Assembly: GCA_965285935.1 (NCBI GenBank)
Contig: OZ260663.1
Coordinates: 100,626,001 to 100,690,000, forward strand
Direction of reading: 5' to 3'
From: Ophelia neglecta
Lineage: Eukaryota
DNA: 64,000 nucleotides
The position numbers and the translations under genes are program-made. Every line of letters begins with the position of its first letter. Positions within the stretch are counted from its first letter, which is position 1. The notes under the pieces were generated by a model. The model was not told where the DNA came from, did not search any database, and was given only the letters and a program-made list of their open reading frames with translations. Below, piece after piece: positions 40,001 through 52,000 of the stretch.

Positions 40001-43000
40001 CTGTTATGTAACTACATACTATACACATCACTCTACATTATTATTTACTTTCCAGCTTAAGCCAGACCAATATAGCAGATCAGGGTGTTCAGTGGCTGGC
40101 TTCCGCTCTTGGGGTGAATACCTCTTTGACTGTAATAAGGTAAGTATCACACTGTCTACATTCAGCCCTCTCCAAAAGAAGATATTTTTTAAGTACGAGG
40201 GTTTATTGTCCGTATTGGCATTTAAACATCGCAGTTAATGTTAGATTAATATGTGTTTTTCATCTTGTATATTCTTTGTATGCAACCCGATAATAGTATG
40301 TAACTTTATTCTTTGTGTTATGTGCGTAAACAAGGAATTTTCAAGAAGTAACGAACTGGTATATCTCACATAACATGGTGTCATTTACTACCCCGAGGCA
40401 ATGCCATTCATGACACATAAAACACTGCTTAAGAGTAGCTTAACCCCCCCCCCCCCCCCCCAAACTGCTAAACTATCAAAAGGGACTGATTCGGCAAGTT
40501 CGGCACGTTGGACTCTATGTTATGTACAATGTAAACATCAACATTGCAGATAATGCCCAACAAAATCAACACAGAGAAAACGAGTGTATTAGTTTAGTTT
40601 GGTTTAAACATATTTATTCTGTTGGTTTCCTTTTATAGCTGAGAGCTAATCGAGCAGGGTTGCCAAAGATAAATATACAATATCAAAATACAATATAAAG
40701 TAAGAAGAAATAATTACAACATATAATTGTATACGTATGAAGCGTCAAACCAAAATATAAATGGCAATATGTTAACAAAAAGCTTTCTAAATAAGCCTAA
40801 TGCGATGTAGTACCGGGTGCAAATTTTAGATAAAGCAAAGGAAATGATAAGAAAATAAAGAAAAACCAAAAGTGGGGTAATGGCGGAGATGAATTAAGAA
40901 ACTATTGTAACATAATACCATGAAGAACAGAAGAAACAAAGGGAGATAATCCCAAAAAAATACTATTAACAATAATAAAACAGTAAACAGCAAATAAAAT
41001 TTGGTAACACATGCTTACAAAGTCACGATTTAAATAGAGATGAGAGGAGATGAAAATGAGTTATAAGAGGAGTGAGAAAAACCTTTTCAAGTAGTAATGA
41101 CCATAAGTTGTTGGGTGTTAAAAGCGTTTGGTTTTCTGGAGAAATAGTTGTAGCGCATCGATAATCAAAATGTCCCTTTCCATGTCATGTGGCCAAATAA
41201 GGATAATTTGAGCTGTCATGGATGAGTATTGATACACCTCTACTATGAGAAGAATCGGTTTTTATATCTTTCCTTTCCAGCTTTTGTTAATATATGATAC
41301 TACCTTTTTTGTGCAATATGTTTATTGTTACAATGCAACATTTATAGTTTGGTCATTTATCCATTTGAATATATTTGTACGCTTTCCCAGATCATTTATA
41401 CCCCTTACGTTTAGGGTAGCTATGTTAAACTCATTCACTTTGTCTTTTTGTGCTTTTATTTATTTACCATCTTTACTTTTATTGTCACTTCTAAGTCTTG
41501 GAACCATCAATGCTAATTCAGCCAAGCTTTGACCCAGTAGATTTCTCCTGGCCAATACTTCACCTTGACTTGACTGGTCTGATCAGCTGTGAGCCCTTTT
41601 ATCCATCACATGTTGTTAATTCATGAGAGGCCTGCTCCTCATCTCTCTTCATTGCCTTGGAGTATTGAAAGGCTTGTTCTACACTGTAGAAGTTGTGACC
41701 AAATACATTGAATTCTTCAAAATGAAAGGTGGATAGTGGATCTTCTTTTTCACTAATGTCAATAGATTTCACACTGTTACATGTTTACATTCACTTTTGA
41801 AGCAGTTTGTGCAGAGTTTCTGCCTTGCAAACGTAACTTGTCCGTTATGGAAAATTCTGTCATCATTGTCACCAATTTTTGAATGCCTGGGCAACGGGTT
41901 TTTTTTAGCTCATCTATATACACAATCCGGTCACCAATGAACCAGTCAGACATTTTCTTTGTAACAGTTTTACGAGCAATTATATACTGCATTGTTTTGA
42001 TCAGTACACCTTTCTGCTCTAGGTATTGCGTAAGCGAGTCATTTTCTTTTTAACTGTCAAAGGTATATCTTTGACAGTTAATTTTGTGAATTTATCATCA
42101 GGACTAGTCAAACCAGCCCGGAAGGAATTGCCACTACATTAATCTATGAGCTGGCCATCAATGTTGATTTTCACAGATAGAAATTTTACTTTTGCTTGTG
42201 CGTTCTTGACATACACTCTGTACAGCCCCTTTATGAGGAAGGAGCATGCGCGAGAGGTGGCACACGTTTAAACAGGAGCTCTTAAAACTAGCCTCATTAA
42301 CCACTCAAGGATGGAATAAGATCCCAAAAATTCGAGACCACGAGGAATGTAAATATAGTGTTCATCAGGTTGTAGTGTTATTTGTAGATGTAAGATATGT
42401 GGATAATCATGCCCACTACCCGAAAGGAGTCCGAACGGGCAAAGGAACATGAGACTTCTACTGAAGAAGAAGGTGACACGTCCATGGATATCAAGACTGA
42501 CATGATTACGCTGAGCACATCAGAGCTCAACAATCTGGTCTCCGATGCCGTGAATGCTGCTGTCAAAGCAGCCAGTGTTACACTGTTGACTGGCATTAAC
42601 GAGAAGTTAAGTATGCTTGAGACCAAGGTTAACAATCTTGAATCTAGTAGCTCCCAAACAGAAGACGACATCAACGAGCTCAAGTTGACCGTGACGAAAC
42701 AAGACCGGCTAATTAACAATCTGCTTAAACGTATGTCCCAATCTGAGGTCAACCACAATGACCTCGAAGCATGGGCGAGGAAGTCGACAATCAGAATATC
42801 TTGCCTTCCACTCCAACAAATTCACTCTCTTCATGTGGAGGTTTGTCTTGACCTTTTCAGGAAAATGGGGGTCAAGCTTGTGCCGGGAGACATATGCGTT
42901 GCTCATAGCCTCCTAGGAACAATCACAGATAGGAAAAGACAAGCCTCCTGTGATGCTGTGCAAACTGGTTTGGATTGACACGAAATCGGAGATTCTGCGG

Positions 43001-46000
43001 GCCCGCTGTAATCTCAAGGATTTATCATTGAATATTTTGATATACGAGGATATCACCGCGAAAGACGCAGAAATTCTTCGCACGCTGAAGAGCGGCATTG
43101 GTACGTCTAACGTAGAGAAGGCATGGGCGATAAAGGGCAAGGTGTTTGCCAGTGTCGGTGGCAGAGTGTCCGTGGTGAAGGCTGATAACCTACATGCCAT
43201 TCTTAATGGCTGTGCTTGTGATAATACGCCATCTATATTACACGCATCATTGGAATCATTATACACGGCACAGGTCAGGTATATAAGCCTATGGTTTATG
43301 CTTTGTCGTTATATATTGGAATTTATTAATGGTTCTTCTGGTCCCCCCCCCCCCACCCTCCAATCACACATACACACACACTCACCCAAATGGGTCTGTG
43401 TGACCATTGCTTTTCTTTTTTCTTTTTTCAATTGCTTTGCATTAGTTTTCAAGCACTAGCATGCACTATGTATTCGTTGTTTTTCCTGCTGGATGTAAGT
43501 ACTGATTCTTCCAGCATCCAAGGCCAGAAAGTAAAAACATATTTTGCCTATGTACATATTATTTTGTTCTTATAGTGTTTATTCCCTTCTCACTTTGTTC
43601 CATGGCTCTATTAAAGTGTAGAACGTGTTACAGATGTGTCCTCTCACATTCTTATCACATTATGTGCTCTTTTTGTGATTTACCTACCCATGTTAACTGT
43701 TTGCCGGAAGTTGGCAGAACCGACTCTATTTACACTGAGCATGACGCTAACACATGGTTATGTTCTGCATGCTCAACAGACATTTTCTCTTTCAACCATT
43801 TTATTGAAGACACAGATTTTCTCCTTTTACTTAAGGAGTCTGTTAATGACTTTAAGGCATCAATTGAAGACTTGCAAGGTATTTTGTTTGACCCATTTGA
43901 TTTTAATGTAATTGTAAATTCACCTTTGTGATCCAGATCCAGACATCCGATACTTTAACTCAATGGGTTTGATTTCACCTTCTAATTGCAATTATTACAT
44001 GGAGGATTCATTTATCCAAAAATGTAATGATTTTGGCATTCAAGGGGAGGGTTTCTCTGTGGTCCATTTAAATATCCGAAGGATCCAGAAGAACCTTTAC
44101 GGCTGTGTAAATTATCTTGAGGGATTGCATTTTGACTTTTCCATTATCGGGCTATGAGAGACCTGGCTGAATGGGGACAATTTCGACCTTTTTGACAGTT
44201 TTAATGGAACCCTTGAGACTATCTTTGTTGAGATTGAGGGCAAATCTATCGGCAAAACCAAAAATTCTTTTGTTAATTGATAAGATCTCGACAGCGCTTG
44301 ACCGTGGCGACTGTGTCTTAGGCCTCTTTCAGGATTTTTCGGAGGCCTTCGACACAGTCGACCACGATATTTTGATCTTGAAGCTTGAGAAATACGGCAT
44401 ACGGGGTATGGCCAGTCAGTAGGCTAGGAACTACTTGCGTAATAGAAACAGTTTGTTGATTTAGATGGGTCCCTTTCAGCACTTTTACATATGTCGCACG
44501 GTGTCCCACAGGGTTCAATTCTCGGACCACTTCTCTTCCTACTTTATATAAATGACATGTCCAATGTTTCTAATACATTGTTTCTTTTGTTATTTGCCGA
44601 TGCCTCAAGTGATATTATCACGGGAAGTTATATCGATGACATGATTGCTGCCATGAATGTCGAAATTGAAAAAATTACACTGTGGCTACAAATTAATTAA
44701 TTAACCCTCAATGTGAAGAAACACCCACTTCATTATATTTCATAATCCAAAAAGTAAGATACTTTTTACCCGTGACCTTGTTATTAAGGTTAAAAAGCTG
44801 GAACATGTCAAATCAACTAAATTTCTTGGTGTTACAATTGATGAATCATTAAACTGGAAAGAACACATTCTTACAACTAAGGGTAGAGTATCACGCAGCA
44901 TCGGAATTATTTGAAGAGCTAGGAATTTGTTCAATAGGGATACTCTACCCACCCTGTTTTATTCTTTCATCTACCCCTACATTAGTTACTGCATTGAGGT
45001 CTGGGGTAGGGCATTTGACAAATACTTGGCTCCCCTTAAAAGACTTTAGAAACGAGCACTTCATTTGGTGACTGGATCTTCGAGAAACTCTCCTTCTTTG
45101 CCTCTTTTTATTGATACGAATATTCTCCCACTATGTGAAATCTACAATATAAGTCTCTAGCTTATTATCTATAAATTGTTTAATGGTGTGCTCCAAGAAG
45201 TACTCTCTTCACTTTTCTCAATTCTGATGTCTAAAATCACAAAACTAGACAATCATCCAATCTTCATTTATTACCTCCCAGAACTTCAACTATGCAACGC
45301 ATTCCCATTTACCAAGCAGCCTTGTCCTACAATTTGAGCCTTGATCACATTGATTATAATTGCTCACTACACTCCTAGTTCTTCACTAAAAAGCTATTAT
45401 TATTTCAATCTCTGTAGTTCTATTCATTAAGTCTCGTGCCTTGACAAATGCTGGTGTCACCTCAGATCCAAAGTTTTCTATTTCTGCAGCACTGAGATAA
45501 TCACAAATGTCACTATCCAGAATATTGTGAATCCAAACACAGATATTTATCCGAATGGATGTTTACACATACTACTTTACAAAAATTATTCCTCTACTTC
45601 GCCAAAATAGGGCTAGAAAGGAACAATTTTCTCGAGCATTCTCACAGTGTGTCACCTCTGTTCATTCGTGAATCATTCTCATCGTTATCTGATATATGAC
45701 TGGTGACCCCCCTTGACCCCTCGATAGTCTGACGTATGACTCGTTTACACTCTTGGCTCCCTCGATAGTCTGATACATGACTGGTGACCCCCTTAGCTCC
45801 CTCGCTAGTCTGATACATGACTGGTGACACCCATTGCTCCGTCGGTGGTCTGTCACATGACTGGTGAATCCCCTTGTCTCCCTCGGTAGTCTCATACATG
45901 ACTGGTGATCCCTCTTGACCCCCTTGGTAGTCTGACGTATGACTTGTTTACACTCTTGGCTCCCGGGACAATGTGACGCATGACTGGTGACCCGGTTTGG

Positions 46001-49000
46001 CACCATCGCTAGTCTGTTACACGAATCGTGACCCTCTTTGGCTCCCCAAGTAGCTAGACATACGGCAATTGATCCTCTTTGGCTCCATCGGAGTCTGCCA
46101 CATGGCAGGTGAGCACCTTTGTTCCCTCGGTAATTTGAGACATGACTAACCAACCCCCTAGGCCCCTCGGTCGTCTTACACATCGCTGATGACACCCCGT
46201 AGCCTCTCTGTAGTTAACACATGACTGGAGACCCCCCTTTTCCCTCTATAGTCTGACACATGTGAAACCCCTTGGCTTCCTAGGTTGTCGGATATCTGGC
46301 TGTTAAATCCCGTTGACACCCGTTGGACACATGACTGAAGGGGCTCTTGGCTCCCTTGGAAGCCTTTCACATTACTGGATACTCCCTTGCCTGCCTCGGT
46401 ATTCTGATACATGACTGGAAACCCCTCGGCCTGCCTCGGTAGTCTGGCACATGGCTGGTAACCTCTCTTGGCTCCCTCGGTAGTCAGACACATGATTAAT
46501 CAACTCTTTTGGCCCATCGATAGTCATGCATCACATGTTTATCCTCTTGACCCCTCAGTCGTCTGATACATAACTGGAAACCCCATTAGCTCCTTCGGTA
46601 GTCTAATACATGAGTGATATCCCCCCTTGTCGCCCTCTGTAGTTTTACGCAGGACTTTTTTATCCTCAGGGCCCCTCTGCAGTTTGGTACATGGCAGGTG
46701 ACCCCCTTGGCTCCCTCGGTAGTTAGACACATGACCAATCAACCCCTAGGTTCCCTCGGTAGTCTGACCCATGACTGATGACACCCCTTGGCTTCTATGT
46801 AGTTAACTCATGACTTGTGACCCCTTTAGCTCCATAGGTAATATAAAAAGTTACAGGTGACATCCCTCGGCTCCCTTGGTAGTCTGACACATGACTTGCT
46901 AACCCTCTTGCACCTCTGCACATGACTGGCGACCTCCTTGAATCCCTAGGTAGTATGACACATGAGAGGTGAACCCCTTGTCCTCTCAGGTTGTCTTATT
47001 CATCACTAGTAACCCCCTTACCTCCCTCGATAGTCTGATACATAACTGATGATCCCCTTTGGCTTCATCGGTAGTTTGACGCATGGCTTGTTTACCCTCA
47101 GGACCCCTCTCTGGTTTGATCTATGACTGACAAAACCCCCGTGGCTGCCTCGGTAGCATGTTACATGGCTGGCCCCCATTCGTTCCCTCAATGGATTGAC
47201 CCTTAAGTGGTGCTTCCCCTGGCTCCATCGGTAGTAAATTGCATGACTGAAGAACCCATTTAACTCCCTCGGTGGTCTGACATATGGCTGGGGACACGCA
47301 TTTGCTCCCTCGGCAGTCTCATACATGACCCATCAACCCCCTTGGCCCCCTCAGTAGTCTTGCTTACACTCATGGCCCCTCTGCAGTGTGATACATGGCA
47401 GGTGACACGCTTTCGCTTCCTCGGTAGTCTGACACATGGCAGGTGACCCCATTAGCTCCCTTGGTAGTGTGACACATGACAATCAACCCCCTAGGCCCCT
47501 CTGTAGTCTTAAACATGACTGGTGAACCCCCTTGGCATCCTCGGTAGTCTGACACCTGCCTTATCAACCCCCCCCCCCTGGTTCCCTCGGTAGTCTGACA
47601 CATGACTGGTGAACCCCTTGTTCCCTCAGTAATCTGGTACATGACTGGTGACCACACTGAACTCCATCGCTAGTCTTATACAAGACTGATTACCCCCTTT
47701 AGCTCCGTCGCTAGAATAACGCATGTCTTGGTTACCCGTAGGGCTACTCTGTAGTTTGACACAAGGCTTACGAAGCCCCCTTAGCTCCCTCGGTAGTCTG
47801 ATACATGACTGCCCCCCCCCCCTCCTCTCTCCCTCTCTTGGCACCCTCGGTAAGATGATACATGACTTGCTACCCCCCGTGGCCGCCTCGGTAGTATGAC
47901 GCGTGACTTGTTTACCATCTTGTCCCCTCTGTAGTCTAATACATGACTGGTAAACCCTCTTTGCTCATCCGGTAGTCTAACACATAGCTGGTGACCCCCG
48001 TGGCTCTCTGGGTAGTCTGACACATGCCTAAACTATACCCTTAGCTCCCTCGGTAGTGCGGCAAGGGACAGTTGGCCCCCGTGGATGCCTTGGTAGTTTG
48101 ACACCTGACCAATCATGCAGGTTGGGATAATGTTAAATGCTATGTGGGCAACCCCCTTGGCTCCCTCGGCAGTGCGACAAAGGACAGTTGGCCCCCTTCG
48201 CTCCCTGGGTAATCTGGCACATGACTGATGGCCCTCTATTGCTCCCGCAGAAGGCTGACACACGACTGACAAACCCCGTTGACTGGTAACCCTCCTTGGC
48301 TCCCTCGGTAGTGTGACACATGACCAATCAACCTCCTAGGCTCCCTCGCTATGCTCACATATACCTGCTGACCCCCCTTGGCTCCTCAGTGGTCTATAAT
48401 ATGACCAATCAACCCCCTTCACTCCCTCTTTAGTCTGATACATGACTGGTGGCCCACTTTGGCTTTCTCGGTAGTCTGTCACATGACTGATGACCCCCTG
48501 ACCCCCTCGGTAGTTTGTCACGTGACTGGTGGCCCCTTTTGAGGGAGCCAAGCTGTTCCCTGTTCTCTGGCAGCATTCTCTCACCATAGTCGGTGAGAAA
48601 ACTGAGTTTAAAAAATAATTAACGACAGTTTATTACATCAACACAATTGTACCATCTGAATAAAGGGTTAAATAGTATTAATGCCAATGTGAAGCAACCT
48701 ACTCCCTACCCCCCCCCCCCACCCCACCCCCCAACATATCTCTCCCAGTTCAATCCAGTAAGTCTCTGACCTTTAGATACTAGTTGATTATCCAATGGCA
48801 TGTACATACTAGTTTATTTTGCTCCCCCTATAAAGAACAGTGTATTCTTTTTGACTGAATGGGTTTGATGTTATCCTCCAGACCCAATCAATTGCGCTGA
48901 AAATGCACTGAATACCGGTGGCCTATTTATTCAATTACTTATTTTAAAGAGCCTGCCGCAGTTTTGATGACATTAATAGTATCTCCGTATATTTGCCAAG

Positions 49001-52000
49001 GTGTTCCCTGGTCTTTCTGGCACTGACCTGTATGCTTTGGACCACAGGTGCGCAGAGCGCCTGTCCGCTGCTGCCTCTGTTTAACTCGTCATGCATGGGT
49101 GGCCGCGGGAGGCCGTGTCGCGTGTTTGCGCGCATCGTATGGCTCTCTGCCTACTTACCAGTCTCTTGACGTTTTAGACTTGGTGACTCATCGGACAAAT
49201 CGCATCTTATATCAGTTAATTATAGGTATAGTAACTCCCTCATCTCATCATCTCATATTTTATCCCACGCATATTTGTAAATACTGCCTTAATGCATTAT
49301 ATGGAAAATACCCAGTTTAAGCACTAGGCTTCTGTAAAATCCAAATTATGTATAATAATATGTTTAAACCAGGTTTTTCCATTTGACAGTTTTATTGTCT
49401 ATATGAAACATATAAAGTATTAATGTGATCGAACGTAATCCTCAAAATTGATCAAAACTCAAGTTAATATGAAAAAATAAATATATTGACCCATAGCAGT
49501 TCATAGTGAATTTGACAGTAGCAATATTGTGTATGCTTATGTACACGCTGTCCGTGGAGGTATTCACAATACAATTCCCTAACGCAGCAGAGGCAATGCC
49601 TTGCACAGACCCCGACCCTTAACTGTGGATGCAAGAAGATCCCCCCCCCCCCTCCCACCACAAAGGGAATACAATTCCAAACCTCTAAGCGAGCATTAAT
49701 GTCTTAAAACGTCAATAGGCAGCAACCCCTTTGGCTCCCTCTGTTGTCTGATACACGATTGGTGACCCCCTTTGGCTCCCTCTGTTGTCTGATACACGAT
49801 TGATGACCCCCTTTGGCTCCCTCTGTTGTCTGATACACGATTGGTGACCCCCTTTGGCTCCCTCTGTTGTCTGATACACGATTGGTGACCCCCTTTGGCT
49901 CCCTCTGTTGTCTGATACACGATTGGTGACCCCCTTTGGCTCCCTCTGTTGTCTGATACACGATTGATGACCCCCTTTGGCTCCCTCTGTTGTCTGATAC
50001 ACCATTGGTGACCCCCTTTGGCTCCCTCTGTTGTCTGATACACGATTGATGACCCCCTTTGGCTCCCTCTGTTGTCTGATACACGATTGGTGACCCCCTT
50101 TGGCTCCCTCTGTTGTCTGATACACGATTGGTGACCCCCTTTGGCTCCCTCTGTTGTCTGATACACGATTGGTGACCCCCTTTGGCTCCCTCTGTTGTCT
50201 GATACACGATTGATGACCCCCTTTGGCTCCCTCTGTTGTCTGATACACCATTGGTGACCCCCTTTGGCTCCCTCTGTTGTCTGATACACCATTGGTGACC
50301 CCCTTTGGCTCCCTTGGGAGCCTGACACATGGAGGGTGACCCCCCTTTGGATCTCACGGTAGTCTGACACTTCGAGTTATCAACCCCCTAAGCCCGGTAG
50401 TGTGACTCTTGACTGGTAACCCCCTTGGCTCCCTCTGTAGTTTGACACATGACCAATCAACCTCCTAAGCTCGCTCGCTAATCTGACACATACCTGCTGA
50501 CCCCCCTTGGGTCCTCAGTAGGCTAGTCTTTAACATGACCAATCTACCCCCTTCGCTCCCTCTTTAGTCTGATACATGACTGGTGACCCACCTTGGCTTG
50601 GTTTCCTCGGTAGTCTGTCAGATGACTGGTGAGCCTGTTAGAGGGAGCCACTCTGTTCCCTGACAGCATTCTCTCACCTAGTAAGTGAGATAACAGAGTT
50701 TAAAAAAATAATAAATGACAGTTGATAACATCAACACAATTGTACCATCTGAAAAAGGGTTAAATAATTTTAATGCCAATGTGAAGCAACCTACCCCCCC
50801 CCCCCTCCCCCTAGACGTAACTCTCTAATTCAATCCAATAGGTGCCTGACCCTTTAAACACTAGTTGATTATACAATGGCATATACAAAATAATTTTTGC
50901 TCCCCCTATAAAGAACAGTGTATTCTTTTTGACTGAATTGGTTTGATGTTATCCTCCAGACCCAAACAATTGCGCTGAAAATGCACTGAATACCGGTGAC
51001 CTATTTATTCAAATACTTATTTTAAAGAGCCTGCCGTAGTTTTGATTACAATAATAGTATCTCCGTATATTTGCCAAGTTGTTCCCTAGTCTTTTATGGC
51101 ACTGACCTGTATGCTTTGGACCACAGGTGCGCAGAGCGCCTGTTCGCTGCTGCCTCTGTTTAACTCGTCATGCATGGGTGGCCGCGGGAGGCCGTGTCGC
51201 GTGTTTGCGCGCATCGTATGGCTCTCTGCATACTTACCAGTTTCTTGACCTTTTAGACTTGGTGACTCATCGGACAAATCGCATCTAATATCAGTTAATT
51301 TTAGGTATAGTAACTCCCTCATCTCATCATCTCATATTTTATCCCACGCATATTTGTAAATACTGCCTTAATGCTTTATATGGAAAATACCCAGTTTAAG
51401 CACTAGGCTTCTGTAAAATCCAAATTATGTATATTAATATGTTTAAACCAGGTTTTTCCATTTGACAGTTTTATTGTCTATATGAAACATATAAAGTATT
51501 CATGTGATCGAACGTAAACCTCAAAATTGATCAAAACTCAAGTTAATATGAAAAAATAAATATATTGACGCATAGCAGTTCAAAGTGAATTTGACAGTAG
51601 CAATATTGTGTACGCTTATGTACACGCTGTCCGTGGACGGTATCCACAATACAATTCCCTAACGCAGCAGAGGCAATGCCTTGCACAGCCCCGACCCTTA
51701 ACTGTGGATGCAAGAAGATCCCCCCCCCCTCCCACCACAAAGGGAATACAATTCCAAACCTCTAAGCGAGCATTAATGTCTTAAAACGTCAATAGGCAGC
51801 AACCCCTGCAGCGTAGGCTACTGGGGACACTGCCTTCAACCGGCGCAGGGCAGATCAATGATTAATATATTACCAATGGTTTCTTTCTTCTTACAGACTG
51901 GAGGAACAATATTGTATTGGTCTGATGAGACTTATAACTCCCGAGAACCAGGCCCGACTGGTACCACTACTGGACACCGCTGTCCTCAAGTCTGGTCACT

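Larger units (their letters stand above)
35780..40368 (+). repeat. ~2.5-kb tandem duplication carrying an LRR exon pair
   Basis: About 35780-37845 matches 38300-40368 (offset 2524 around the exons). Confidence 0.9.

Noticed and set aside
48944-49320. GC-rich ORFs in the duplicated intron segment (also 51086-51322)
   Set aside because: Frames and ends differ between the copies and there is no recognisable domain; minus-strand donor-like motifs are insufficient evidence.
49696-50370. Three overlapping minus-strand ORFs of 179-224 aa
   Set aside because: Artefact of a stop-free 41-bp tandem unit cycling through frames; no splice or domain support.
29440-50640. CRISPR-like array
   Set aside because: Head-to-tail degenerate monomers with no unique spacers, no cas genes, eukaryotic context.
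51230-51245. ATACTTACC as a U1 snRNA 5' end
   Set aside because: The following sequence does not match U1; it is only a minus-strand donor-like motif.
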